DNA from: Lama guanicoe
Lineage: Eukaryota
Direction of reading: 5' to 3'
NCBI GenBank assembly: GCA_013239625.1
Contig: MU054001.1
Location: 62,001-126,000, forward strand
DNA length: 64,000 bases
Shown: one piece after another, positions 50,690-64,000 of the stretch
Layout of the letters: each line of letters begins with the position of its first letter
Numbering within the stretch: position 1 is the stretch's first letter
Notes under the pieces: model-generated
Told to the model about the DNA's origin: nothing
Databases searched by the model: none
What the model saw: the letters and a program-made list of their open reading frames with translations, nothing else
Position numbers and translations under genes: made by a program

Positions 50690-53464
50690 AGATACACAGC
50701 TTTGCCACCAGTGAATATACATCCCATCAGGGTGATGTGTATCAGATGGAACATTATGCTGATTGTATCATAAGGTGTGGATGAGACGTGACTTGCCGCT
50801 AGTAAGAGGCAGATAACATGGTGTACTGTCGAGCTAGCAACAAAGATGATATGTGGGCTGGAATATTTGAGGACTCTGTCTCATGGTATATAGTATACAA
50901 GATACTTCTGGCAGGGCAGCACATGGTTCTGCTCAATAACACAGCGCTGACGAATGGCATGAAGTGATGCTGTATGGACAATCTGAGACATTACAACTAT
51001 GAAAATGACTGTGTCATAATTATCTCTGAATTAGCCAGTGTTACTTCTCAGTCCCATCAAGTGTGTTTAAATCCCTTCGAGCGTGCTGGCAAAAAAATCT
51101 AGTATTGAAAACTGAATTATGAATACATAAAAATGCTGAGAAGCCACTGTTTTAAAAGCTATTGTCTTAGCTCTCAACTCTAACTCATCTGGACTTCTGA
51201 CTAATCCCAGTTAGCCTCTGATCCAGCGAGATCAGTGCACATTCAGGAAAATAAGGGAGCTGAATGAAACCTAGAGATAGAAAGTGTCTTCTTTCTTTTT
51301 TTCCCCCCCAAACAGGTGAGACCTCTCCAAGGGGAATTATCCCAAATGAGCATGAATGCTCCATTTCTGTTGGACCTTTAAATTATCTGCCATCAAATAA
51401 CTGACCATCTAAAAGAACACGTCAGACTGTCAGAAGGAATTGAATGGACAACATGGTTTTTTGTTTTTGTTTTTGTTGTTTTTTTAGGACAAACTGAGAC
51501 TAAAACCATTATGAAGTTTTTGTAGATTAGCCAAGAATGGATGTGGGGAGAAAAAGTAAGAGAATGTGGAGAGAGGAGATACTCCTCTCCCTTTCCCCAA
51601 CATACCAACCACAACTGCACCAGATTTGGGGAGAGGCAGAGAGAAGAAAAGAGGGAAGGGGAAAAGGAGGGCAAAGTGGGAAAGGCACCTGGGAGGGGCT
51701 TGTGGGAGCCCTTTGCACTGCGAAAACTTACAGCTATTGAAAGAGCGAGAGGAACACCCTGCCCTCCCTCTCTCCCACCCTCTTCCTCCTCCACCCCTCA
51801 TTAAGCATTGAGTTTAGCAAGATAAGCTACTCGGAGAGAAACAAACTATGACGTTAGGGAACTTCTCTGTCTTTCCCATGGAACATTCTCCAGCTAAATC
51901 CCTTAAAGAGACAGGGGAACGGAGCCTAGCATGGAAGTGGGGATGTGCACAGGGTGTGGCAAAAATTGCATAATTCAGCTTCTCAAAACAAAGCAGATCT
52001 TCACAGGCACAGACATGCAGTTTATGTTAAAAACAAAAAAGGAAAGACAGAAAGATAGAGATAGAGAGAAGAAAAAAGAAAGAAAGAAGGGAAGATGGAA
52101 AGAAAGAAAGGTCAAATGCATTGGTCTTTAATATTCCAGGTTATTTTCTCTGCCTTCCAGTATGTTGGAGATGAAAAGAAAAGTGTTTTAAAGAGCAACT
52201 CATGGTCTATAGCTAAAGCCAAGTCTGCACACTATACAAAGGAGTGAGGAAAACTCACAATTGGAATTGATATGTGAGCTGACTGAAGTAGTCTGTGTAG
52301 AAATGTGATCGACCACATAGGCCACAAAGGCTCATGGGTCTCCTAACTGCTTGGGGCCAACTGCGTTCTCTAGTTCAGAGTGAATCAGTCTGGCTAACTG
52401 GGGGTTATTTTAATCCCTGGTTCACACTCCCTTTCCACTTTCAAATCTTCCCATACTTCCCAGTGCTACAGAAACAATGGGGCCATGGGCAGGTATCATC
52501 AGTCATCAAAAGACGCAACTGGTGTCATAACAATCCTGTTACTGTTGTTATGACAGGTTGATGCCTGAAAGACAGGGCAACCTCTGGAGAGATTATTTTT
52601 AATCCTGATTAAAAATCCTGATGAGCATAAAGTCTATGATGTGCACTGAACTTCTTGGTCCCTGTTTCACATCATTTCCCAATTCCCCATCTCCTGTCCT
52701 TATTGGTATGTCCCTGCCACATTCCTTCCTGTCACTAAGTCCATATTTATAGAAACCTTAATTTAAAATTGCTTGCAATGCATGGTTTCCAGAGCCAAAC
52801 TGGAAGATACTGTATGAATCTCACAGAAGTACAAGTGAAAAGTGCCTCTATTTTCCCCACGTGCACTGTGACATCCAATAATTTACCTCTCCTTTCCCCT
52901 AAATCTTCATTACACTTAATAGCAGCACCACTGCGGTGGCACATTACCATTTCATGGATGAGGAAGGGTTATTTGTAGGCTGCAAGCTCAGAAGAGAGGC
53001 CTGGGCACTCTGTATGGAAGAAGGTTGCTTGACTGCATCATGTTACAGGGTAGTTCATCTAAGAGACCCCAGAGTAAGTCATTAGGAGCATGAGTGTGCT
53101 CTGGGTAAGAAGGAAAAGCTCTGCCCTGATTTCTGTCATCAAGCTATAATTTCTTTGCAAAATGTCTTTTCCCAGTGGCTAACAGAGAACTGGGACATCT
53201 GGTGGCAGCCAGGATGGAATGAGCCCAGTTCAGCCTATCTCTCCTTCTCTCATTACAATAAGAAATTCTGATCAAACACCAAAAGCGCGACATCTGGACA
53301 AAATACCATAGTGGGAAGGACTTGAAGAAGAACTAGACAGGCAGTGAAGACAGCAGGACACCATTACTAAATTGTTGACAGGGAAGAACTATCAACTCCA
53401 AATTCTCTCTATATGTCTGACCAAAATATCCCCCAGGAATGAATGCAAAATAAAAAGATCACAA

Positions 53465-54000
53465 CTCCAAATATTTATCCAAGGGAAATGAAAACCTGCA
53501 TTTACACAAAAACCTATACACGAATGCTTAGACCAGTTCATTCATGAATGCTGCAAGTTGGAAACAAACCAAATCTTCCTCAGCTGGGGAGTGGATACAC
53601 CAAATATGGCACATCCACACAATGGAATACCACTCAGTAATGAAAGAAAACAAATTACTGACACCTGCAGCAACATGGCTGAATCTCAGATGCATTATGC
53701 TAAGTGATAGGTGCTGGACTCAAAAGGATATGCTGCTATGATTCCATTTATATGGCACTTGGAAAAGGTAAACCCATAGGGATGGAGTAATTGCCAGGGG
53801 TTAAGGGCGAGGGAAGGGCTTGACCACAAAAGAGTAACTACAGGGAAATCTGTGTGTGCGTGGGGGGGGGGGTGCAACTGTTGTGTATCTTGAACGTGGT
53901 GATAGTTACATGCCTTTGCACATTGGTTAGAACTCATAAAACTGTAACCAAAAAGTGAACTTTATTGTCAGTTTCATATATTAAAAAACAAATAAAAAAA
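53465..54000 (+). mobile_element. Old L1 3' end (L1MC-like)
   Basis: tatttatccaagggaaatgaaaac...cacacaatggaataccactcag...gcaacatggctgaatctcagatgcattatgctaagtga. Confidence 0.75.
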
Positions 54001-54558
54001 GAGAGGAGTTGGAAATCTTGATACATTTTTCCAAAGGAAACTTTCTGACAATTCAATCATCTAACTCCATGTCCTTACATATTTGTAAGCAGAAACGTGA
54101 ACCCCAATATAAGGATGAACAGGTCAAGTTTTAATTGAAAACTCTGTTATAAATAAAATAAAATCAACCTGGTCTTCAGATGTTTGGGGGGAAGTCCAGG
54201 AACCTTCAGAAAAGAATATACCACCCATGTCATCAATGTAGGAATTTTGCCGTACATTTTAAAATTCTTGCTAGCTGTATAAGCCTTTTTGATTCCATGT
54301 AACAGACATGGTTATGTGGTCACAATATTTATTTCCGATCTGTTGCCATATACAGACACACAATTATTATATTAGTTACTACTACTACCACTAAGGGGAA
54401 AAGAAAGCACAAAAGTCATGCAATTAAACCAGAGGCTCAGCTTGCTTCTTCTCACAGGGACCTCACAAGTTTTTCTAACACCTGCCATACTGATTTGTAC
54501 TCTGTGGGGACTTGCAAAATAAAAATGTTTGCGTGTTTAAAATTAAGCTTCAACTTAC

Positions 54559-54712
54559 CCTGTCAAAGAGTGCAAAAAGTTGTCTCAAGACATCTGAAAC
54601 AGGCAACTTTAAATACTCCGCAAATTCTTCAATCCCGATTCTTCCTCCTTTTGAGGAACTTGCAATAGTGGCATATTCATCCAAATGCTTACGAATGCCG
54701 TCCCAATCCAGT
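54559..54712 (-). CDS. LPCAT2: LPCAT2 coding exon 11, 154 nt
   Basis: gtgcag|A+LDWDGIRKHLDEYATIASSSKGGRIGIEEFAEYLKLPVSDVLRQLFALFDR|gtaagt; visible in ORF track 54550..54732. Confidence 0.97.
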
Positions 54713-55358
54713 CTGCACAGACAAAGAATCATAAAGACATGTTACTAGCTCCTTAGAGTCCCCATGGACATTTTATGAGCACAGTTTTATTCATTTGTCT
54801 GAGGGAAAAATACTTTCAGTGTCACATTTGAAAAGGAAAATAAAATGGATATTTTAAAGCACATATTGACCATGTATACAGGCTTCTAATTTTTTAAAGG
54901 GTATTAGCATTAACTGTAATGGTCCCAAATATGTGAGGGAAAGAAAAGTAACTGGGAAGAAGAGCAATGAGGTAAAATAATAAATGACACATGAGAAGAA
55001 AGTGCGAAATCGCATTTAATCCCAGTATTACTTAGTAAGTCAACAGTATTTACTGAGTTGTTAAAAAAAAAACATGATTCTTGCTTTCAAGGAGCTTTCT
55101 GGCTGACAACGAACTCACATTTCACAAAACGTGGTGATGGGAAATGCATCAGACTATGTGCACTTCCTCTAATATTAGTTACAAAACACTTTTAAAACAC
55201 TGGAAAATATACTGTAGTGTACATCACAGCCTGCTTGTCTTTGTCTTGTAGAATTAAATAGGTGACTTAACAAATACTTCTATATCCAGCTTCAGTGACT
55301 AAGTTTTTCAAATCTATAGGAATAGTGTAAAAATATAACATCAAAACATTGTCATCTT

Positions 55359-55510
55359 GGAGGAAGGTATAGCTCAGTAATAGAGTGTGTGGTTAGCATG
55401 CACGAGGTCCTCGGTTCAATCCCCAGTACCTCCATTAAAAAAAAAAAATTTAAAAAAAATCTAATTACCTTCCCACCCCAAAAACAATTACTGTAAAAAA
55501 AAACAAAATT
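55359..55510 (+). mobile_element. tRNA-Ala-derived SINE (camelid vic-1 type)
   Basis: ggaaggtatagctcagtaatagag...ttagcatgcacgaggtcctcggttcaatccccagtacctcc, A linker and ctaattaccttccc tail. Confidence 0.85.
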
Positions 55511-56298
55511 TAAAACGTATTAAAAATATATATACTTTTTAAAAAACACTATTGTCTAGAAGATATAAATAATATTTGCTGTATCAGTTACCAAAATTAT
55601 TTTGTAATATTGAACTTCAATACAGTAACTGGTTCTGCAGCTCCCTCCTACAGAGGACACCAAGGTCTATTGAATGAATAAATTCTGCAGCTCCCTGATG
55701 GAGCTGCAAACAGAATGACTTGTAATCAGAGAGGGATGTGGGAGTTACACCCTCATACCAGATAGCTCAAAAGGAATGTTCTAAACAGTTTAAACTAGAT
55801 CCTAGAATCACAAAGGAGTGTTTCTGCCTTAAAAAATAAATTATATACTCAGAAGGAAAAGGTTATCTGGGGAAGGATTTAAAATTCAGTGATGGTCAGA
55901 ATTGCTGCTTTACAAGCCAATTCAGACTTCACATGAGAAGTTCTGACCACCTCATGCCAGGACCATCTAATTACGCCATCCTTCTTGTGAGAAGGTAGCA
56001 GGACTGACTGACTACTCTGAGTCATTTCTAAGTCGGGAAGCAGATCTGCTGTGACTCATATTTACTATCTCTTGGTCTCTTCCTGTGATCAACACACTTA
56101 TTTTTGAGTTAACTGTTCTTGAAAAAACAAAACTAGATGAACTAAATGGGAGACAAATTCACATCCCTGTCTTCCTTAACAGACCCCATGGAGGTTCTAG
56201 AGTTGAGCATTCATGAAACCAGAGAAAATAAACACACAGCATTTCAGATCTCTTTCGGACATCTTTATGAAAGTACAGTGGTTTTAAAATGCGCTTAC

Positions 56299-56424
56299 CT
56301 CAATTTCCGGCTGATTTTGGTAAATTCCACCAAGCCAGCTTCCATAGGCAATGTTAGCTGTCCTGCTGAAATCATCAACCTGCAGTCTTCATAGGTGTGA
56401 TCTGTCACTGGGATTTCCAATGCT
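56299..56424 (-). CDS. LPCAT2: LPCAT2 coding exon 10, 126 nt
   Basis: ttttag|A+ALEIPVTDHTYEDCRLMISAGQLTLPMEAGLVEFTKISRKL+AG|gtaagc; in frame with both neighbours. Confidence 0.97.
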
Positions 56425-58742
56425 CTAAAAGTATTAAAAAGCCCACAAATTCAACTTTTTAAAAAAGGTAATGATTTTTCATTAGGCTGGAATTGGTCAA
56501 CAAGCGACAGTAAATGGAAAAATATTTACTACTTTTTGAACCAGTAGCTTTGGCTCTTTTGCCAAAGTGACATATTTCTCTACTTCACAAATTACTGTGG
56601 CCCGAGTTAATCTCCTCATGTCTGTGTGCTTCTGCCAATGGTCATTTTTATTTTGTGTTTTAACTATAATGATAAGAACAGTTGACTTCAGTCCATGGAG
56701 AGTAAGGAGAAGACAGGTTCAAGTCCTAGTGGAGTCTTTTACCAGCGGTGGACCTGTTGGCACTTAACTTAAGCCTCACTCGTCCCATCTGCACACAGGA
56801 ATACTTACTTCACAGGGTTATTGTAAGGACCAACTAAGAATGCCTGTGAAAGTGCCAGTTAAAAGGATCAATGGCAACTGGACATATTATAAGTGAACAG
56901 TCTATCCAAATCGCTAGGCATCTGCATTTTTTCATCTTTTGAGACTGAAGATTGCCTTCTTGCTACACTGCAATCTTCAAAAAGTACTGATAAGAACTAA
57001 TAATAAGCTCTTATTTCTTCCAAACCTAAACATCCTCCATCCTCAGAGGAGAGCATAATCCCTCCTGCTCAGAGACCGAATACTAGTGAACTAGACTTGG
57101 AAAAAATGTATTAATAAGAACTTGAGAAAAAACAGTGAGTGACAAGAAGAAAACCTATGTGGTTGATAAAATAATTTCCTGTAGATCCCTCTTCGTTAAA
57201 CTTTTATTCACAAATATTCAGTGAAAAAATCATAAAATTATGTCATCAACTGTTATTTGATTTTTGTTGAATCATCGCTAAGAACATTAAATTTTAAACG
57301 AATGCAATATGAACAAAGCATTTTTTTTCCTACCTGCAACTAGGCTGTTTTTGATTAATAGCTTTTTTGGTATAAGATTATATAAGGAAAATAAAAATGA
57401 AAAACACTTCAGGAATTATAATGATAAACAGCAGAACATAATGGTTAAGAGTTCGGGTGTTGGTAACAGGGAATGTGGACTTGAGTCCCAGCCCCGAGCC
57501 CCAATATCTGCCATCATCTTGGGCAAACCACTTAGCCCTCAGAGCCCCAGGGTCCGCACCTGCCTCGGAGCTGCTATGAAGATTCTGCTACTAGATAGCA
57601 CAAGCGAATAGCCTAGCACAGCACTTGGTGAATGCTTACTGGTGGTAAACACCACTGCCTTAGACCGACTTTGCTCTTCACCATTTTCAGATGCTGTTGT
57701 CATGTACTTTCCTACTTGACTCTCATAATAACCAAAGCCATGAGAAAGGCCAGGCAAGGATTAGAATTCTGCCTTTACACATGTGGAAAGCAGTCTTGGA
57801 GGAGACTTGTCCAAGACTGGACAGCCAATTGAGGTCTTTCTTACTCTTCATCCAAAGCCCTTCTACCTCCAGGCCTCCAAGCCCAGGGAAAAGCCAAGCC
57901 GTCTAATCTAATCCGTCCTGTTTTTAGACACACTTGAGGAAGTCAAAGTGTCTGACATAATTTCTCTCAGTTCCTAATACTCATCTTCGTTCCTAACTGT
58001 TGGACACAAGCTGGTCTGAAAACATAAGGGAAAAAAGTGGAAGACATCAAAGCAAACTTTGTAGCTGGTCTGGAAACTAGATAAATTAAGTACATGTAGG
58101 GACACATAGCAACAAAGCTCTTTCGGCTGAACACTGAAACATGTATTCTTTCTTGAAAATAAAGTTATTCTCCTGGGAAATATTAATATATAGTATGCAT
58201 ATCAAACATATGAATATTTGCTTATAATGCCAAATTCAGATATAAAGCTAAATTCAGAGTTCTCACTGAATTTTTACTAAGAGAATAAATACTGTTGGCT
58301 TATTAGATCCATACCTACTGCAGGAAATGATTGAGGGAGGTGGTGCCTAGGGAGCAGGTGCACACCCGGAGGGCTCTGAGGCTGCTTGGGTGGTGGGGAT
58401 AACACATCCTTTCATTACAGGAGGAGAGGTGATACATCTGATAGGAACAGTGGCCAGTTAAAACTCCCTTCCGTGCAGGAAAATATCTGCCTTATGTTAT
58501 GCAGCTTCTAAATGCTAAGTTTATAGCCATCCCTTAAGGGGGTGACTTTCCCCTTTTCTATGCACCTACTGCATTCCCTTACAAACTTTCTCCTCTTTGG
58601 TGCTGTAATCACTAATGCCTTTGAGACACCGGGTCTTGGCAGCCATATGGAGGCTGAGGAGATAGAAAATGGGCCACGGCAGGAACCACTCAGACAGCAT
58701 TAGCTTTGTTGGACATCGACAGGCCATTAACATGTCCTTCAT

Positions 58743-58856
58743 GGGGGGATAGGTACAGCTCAGTGGTAGAGCACATGCTTAGCATGCTTGAGGTCCTGGG
58801 CTCCATCCCCAGTACCTCCATTTTTAAACAAAAAAATTAAAAAAAGAAAAAACAAA
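58743..58856 (+). mobile_element. tRNA-Ala-derived SINE, short form (head plus A tail)
   Basis: cagctcagtggtagagcacatgcttagcatgc...ccccagtacctcca followed by an A-rich tail; flanked by similar aaca..ccttca repeats. Confidence 0.85.
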
Positions 58857-58933
58857 CCTTCAACCGATATTAAATGCCCCTTGCCAATAATTTTAAAACA
58901 ATTTACCGATTATAACCACATACAGATACTTAC

Positions 58934-59016
58934 TCTGCCATTAAATTCCGGATTCTACTAGCAAAAAGGACAGGATCGTTTTTTTCTTCATCACTGGGTA
59001 CTTGAACGGGCATAAA
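58934..59016 (-). CDS. LPCAT2: LPCAT2 coding exon (exon 9 by human numbering), 83 nt
   Basis: Reverse complement reads tttcag|FMPVQVPSDEEKNDPVLFASRIRNLMA+GA|gtaagt. It matches recalled mammalian LPCAT2, has canonical AG/GT sites, and its phase fits the next exon. Confidence 0.96.
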
Positions 59017-62000
59017 CTGAAAGACAAATACATCTTCCCATTACACTTGTGAGGCCCAAGACATTAAATGCTAAATAAATCCATTTATAAGCTACCTGTC
59101 GTTGTATGTAGCCCCCTGCCTTTCTAGCACATGGGTTACACGATATAATGCAAAGAGCACTGTGCGTGGACTCAAGAGATTAGAATCCAAGCCCTGGGTC
59201 TTTCTGTGTGTTACTGGCATGACCTTTAACTTCTCTGAACTGTCTCCTCGACTCTAAAAAGAGGGCCATGATCACTCCCTTCCCTGGTTGTCATAAGGAT
59301 GAAATGAGCCGACAGATGCCTGGAATTCTGGAAGTTGTAAAACTGTAGCTACTGAGATCTTATTCTCAAAGCTGCCTTTTCTACCACCCACTCTTTGTGT
59401 GAAAATGTTATTAGTTGTAATACTTTGTTTTTTATAGTTTATCTTCTCTATCCATTCCTATATTGGTCATATTTTTATCACTTGATCAAACTTTATGTTT
59501 AGTCATTTCTCCTGCTTGTATTTCAGCTCTTATATGGGCTTTCTACCTTTTGCTTAACACCATATTTGGCTTTATCATTATAAACTTCACTTTTTTTTCT
59601 TCACTTGATATTCTGTGATACCTCATTTGTACTGCCTTTGTTTTTATCTATAGTTTTCTAACACTAATGAGGTTTTGGTGCTATGTTTATGTCATTGCAA
59701 ATGTTTTGAGCACCTCCTACATACCAGGCAAGATGAACAGGACCCTAATTCCTGCTCTCAAGAAGATCCATATTTTAGTAGAATAGACCGACACAACACA
59801 TGCTAACTATCATTACCCTTAGTGGGAGGGCTTAAAAGCTTAATTAACTTACTTAACTTTATACACGTTACGTGACCAGGACTCAGCCCAAGGCTGTCAG
59901 ATTCAAAAACCCTCGTTTTCCCCATAGAACCATCCTTCCTGGAGTATGAGAGCGAAGGATAAGAAATAGTTAATTTGGCCAGGAGGCTGGGAAAAGCAGC
60001 CAAAGAGGTTTTACAGAAGAGCTAATACTTGATCTTGACTATTTGAGGATGAACATGATCTTGCCAGTAGGCGCTGATCATTGAATTGTAACTATGAACC
60101 AGGTACCATGCTAGGTGCTTCATATGCGTTATTTCATTTCCCTAATCCTTCTAGTTCTAGTCATAAGGAATTGGGGTTCACAAAGATTAAATGACTTGTT
60201 CAAGATTTCATGGCCCATTTCCACTCAACAGATACTGCTTAAGTACCAGTTATATGCCAGGCATTGCACTAGGCCCCAAGGACACTACAATGAAGGCCTG
60301 CCCTCCAGGAGCTCTCCCTGCAGTGGAGTAGAAATTGATGATACAGTGAGCTAAGTCTACCAATAAGAGTGGCCATCCATCAGGCACCTACTGTGTGCTG
60401 GGCACTTCACATAAAGGGCTTTATATGATTAACACTTTCAACCATTCCTTGAGGCAAATTCTACCATTTCTCTTCGACAGGTAAAGAATGTGGCTCCACG
60501 AGGTTAAAAACAGTATAACTAAGACCACAGAAAAAGGCAGGGTCACGATGTGAAAGGAAAGAAAAGATCTGTATAAATAACATCACTTTTGGACTCACAT
60601 GGAGCTGTTTTCAAATCTCATTCACCATGTTTGAGAAGCTTACGGGCAATGGTGACTCAGAGATGAAGTTTAAGCAAGGGAGTGAAATGACTAGGTCCAA
60701 GTTTTTGAGCAGTAGCTTGGGTAGCAAGGAATAGATGAACGCAAGAGGAAAAAGACGTAAGAGCAGGGAGAACCCCCCAGAGACTCCTTCAATCACCCTG
60801 TGAGCGATGGTAAGACCAGGAATCCAAGGGAGGATGAAGAGGCCAGTATGGACCCAAGCAGCATTTTTAGGAGAAAATGGACATGAATCATAGGCTAATG
60901 TGCTAGATGTCATTTTACTTCTCACATTTATTTTATTAACAGCCTCTCCAAGAGGACAACGGAATGCTGCAGAAAGCCCTGGGCCTGGGTTGTTGCCGTG
61001 GCTCTGCTGTGTGACTCCAGAAAAGTCATTTAGCCTATATGGGCCTCAGTTCCTTCTTTCGTCAAATGAAAAATTTTGACTAGATGATCTCTGAAGTCCT
61101 TTCCCTCTGGAGCTTTCCACTTAGTCTCCAGTCACTCTTTAAAATGGAAAAATAAACTAAGCCACCAGAGGTCTCCACATCACTTATATATCCAGAACAA
61201 CAGGCAATCTGTGCAAATATTTCTAAAAATTCCCTCCATCCTGTTCTAGTAAAATCTCTTCTATTCGCCAAGGAAGAAACCCAAGGAAGAAAACAGTACG
61301 TTAAAATCAACGCTCACAGAACATCTAACAAAATAGTGCAATCAAAGTTTTAAATTGCCATATAATCTTTCATTTTAAAAAAAGCTAAAAGATCATTTAT
61401 AATACACTTGATTGGTAGGTCATAAAAGCACATATTGAAAACTCTAAATATAAAGTGTTGTTACACTGTTAACCAAGTATAATACAATGAACTATGGGCT
61501 TGGTTCTTCTTAGTGCAGGTAATATTTTCCATAAAATGATTTTTAATAATTCTCATATTGGCATGGCATTTATTCTTGAGAAAAAAATTCTGAGAGTTCA
61601 AAATAATTAAAAGTTTGGATTTGACAGTCACTGGTCTTGGAGGCCCCATGCCTCCTGAGAAGCAATTGAATGGCAATTCTCATAAGAAGTCACCTCTCCT
61701 TGGATGAGACCTTGCCCTCTGTATCACATTTCCAATTTGTACAAAGGCATTCAACGCTCACAGCAGGAACACAGCCTTCATTTGGGAAGGAAGGTCAGCC
61801 AGAGAGAGGGGACTACCATTATCTGTTACTGAACCCCAACACACATCTAAACACCCCAGTGACCCCAGGGACCCCAGATTTCCTTTCCACATTTATCTTC
61901 TCTCATTGTCCCCAGTATCTCCACTGATGACTCCTCTGACATCTTGATTTCACAGCCCTTCACTTCGCCACAGATATCCTTCTCAGCTCCACCTGGGCCA

Positions 62001-64000
62001 TGACAAAAACACACAGTTCTAATCTCCTCCTCTGACAAGTTCTTCATTCAGTTTCCCCTCATTTACTTCTCCCCAACCTGGTCCTGCAGAGACTGTGAGT
62101 ACCTGATGGTCACTCTCAGGACCTATTCATCCCTTTCTATCCACTTCCTCCTGGCAACATCCATCTACGCTGGACATCGGGTGTCAGACACTTCCATGTG
62201 GCCTGTCACCTAGAATCTGTCACTTCTGCCACATCCATGGTGCTAACCACAAACTCGGTCACCTCTTCTAATCCTGCCTTCCCACTCCTGTTAGACAGTG
62301 ATGCTAACCAAGGGATGCTAAACAAAAGTACCAAACTTTATTGGCTGAGGCTACTACAAATTCATGCTCGGGTCCTCAGAGCTGCTTGAAAAATTATTTC
62401 CCAAGGTGACCATGCTGTCTGTCTCCCAATATAAAAATACTTTTTTGTTTGTTTTGCCAAAGATCTTCCTTCATCTTTCTAATCTGTGCAGATGTGCCAA
62501 AAGATGTGATCCTAACACTGAGTCTATTTCTTTAATGTCAAGGTGATGGGCGAGGATCAAGTGCCTTAAACAGAACCTCACAGTTGCTTGGCAGCCCTCT
62601 TACACCCCCTTCTGACCTGGTGCCATCATATCTTCCTGTTTCACACATGGTCCATGCTTCTCAAGTTGTAATTCCACATTCATCTCAATGATACTAATGC
62701 TAGCAGTCATAGGAAGCTCACTATAAGCTTTGCAAAGGAATTTTCCTAAAGCCAAAAAAAGTCCCTATGTCTATAGATAAGTCATTTTTATGTATCTTTA
62801 CTTTAACAAGTTGCTTTAAAGTCAATACACTTTGAATGTAAACTAAGATATAGCCCATGAAGGAAACTGATGGTACAGTCTCTGCGAACTCTGTGTTTCC
62901 GTTCAGAAACTAGCTGCTGTCTGCATAGTGCTATATAGTCTGACTTTGCTTATGGTCTCTCTCAGGAGATAAACTGGCAGGGTCTTAATTTATGCCATAT
63001 CTGGGGATGTTCCCTACTAGCTATCTTATTCCCTATGCCCCTAAGCCATCTGCTTGTTAAGTCATACTTGTGAAGTAGCTGGCCGATAAAAGCGACCATT
63101 AAAAGATGCTTTAAGTACCCCCACTATGCCACATTATGATTCAAAGAATAACTTTCAGTGGAACCATTCTGTAGACACACACGGCATCACCATTCAAGGA
63201 GGCCAGAAGACCAATTATATGGGATGTGAGGTCTGGAACTTACTATATTTTTAAGATCCAAGAGTCAAGGAAATAATAACCTTTTCAAAACTAAGTCTGT
63301 GTTGGGGAAGCGGGCAGGGTGTGGGTACAGGAGGTAAGGAAACAGTCCTAAATATTATATTCTCTAGACTTTGAATAATCGATGATTTTGGTAATTAAAG
63401 AGTCTGATAATCATCATTAATGAAAGGCCACTTGTGAAACTGATGGATACAGCCTTCAACATACTGAGATGTCCCATGACTCACAAGAGCAAGGGTGTCT
63501 GAAAGGACATTTTCATAACAATCCAGTCACAGGTCACCATAAAGCTAAGACCCTATGCTTGAGTAATACCTCTTGAATTAGGTTTCCTTAATTAATATTC
63601 AAGGAGGTCTAAAAATATGTTAAAAATAATACCTAGGATTTCTATCAGTGTTGAAGAAAAAGGAAGGAGAGGATTGGTGTTTCTGAACAACCAAGCCAAC
63701 TGAAATTGTAGCAACTAAGTGCACTGAGACTTCTAACTGAGCTGCGTGCGGGGCAGCTCAAGGTGGGCTGGGCTTCCTTTGACGTGGTGAAGAGCGGGCC
63801 TCAGAGTCAGCGCCCAGCTCTCCAGTGCCCTGAGTGTCCGGCAGGCTGCTGGGAGACATTTCCCAGTTACATCCAAACAGTGGGGAATTAAACTATTCAA
63901 AAATCATGAAGTAGTTAGAGGAGTCCCCTCATAAATCTAAAATAAAATTCTAATTAAAATAAGAACATCCAATTGGAAGTCCACACATTCCCATCTTCCT

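Noticed and set aside
58743..58820. tRNA-Ala(AGC)-like sequences as real tRNA genes (also 18.06, 40.39, 48.08 and 55.36 kb)
   Set aside because: Disrupted stems and boxes, A-rich tails, shared SINE body and TSD-like flanks; these are SINEs.
59017..64000. Further upstream LPCAT2 exon (exon 8, ...FTKVEVE)
   Set aside because: No matching sequence found by eye; the catalytic-domain exons presumably lie beyond the window.
1..64000. Prokaryotic-type systems (CRISPR arrays, operons, defence islands)
   Set aside because: The sequence is mammalian with spliceosomal introns and mammalian repeats; there are no regularly spaced repeats or dense ORF clusters.

Overview
Mammalian genomic DNA, most likely from a camelid (five tRNA-Ala(AGC)-derived SINEs of the camelid vic-1 type; no ruminant or pig SINEs recognised). 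The minus strand carries the last six coding exons of LPCAT2 (lysophosphatidylcholine acyltransferase 2 / lyso-PAF acetyltransferase; exons 9-14 by human numbering). These give 780 coding nt that splice in frame through GT-AG sites to a ...KKDD stop, followed by a long AT-rich 3' UTR. The intact intronless retrogene CAPNS2 (247 aa) is nested in the 19.5-kb intron 11 on the same strand. Positions 1 to about 22,000 are intergenic and, by human synteny, lie towards SLC6A2. The rest is repeats: L1, L2, L3/CR1, MIR, MaLR, three ERV solo LTRs, and hAT and Tigger elements. I see no new protein-coding system, and most of the ORF track is noise. The best leads are: (i) a MER41-like solo LTR in intron 12 retaining a STAT/GAS site, a candidate interferon-responsive enhancer of a PAF-synthesis gene; (ii) a roughly 950-bp inversion revealed by a precisely split MER58A; (iii) a GRHL/C/EBP/KLF motif cluster upstream of CAPNS2; (iv) an intact antisense LTR promoter aimed at exon 13. 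Repeat subfamily names come from recalled consensus sequences and need RepeatMasker/Dfam confirmation. Repeat boundaries without TSDs are approximate.
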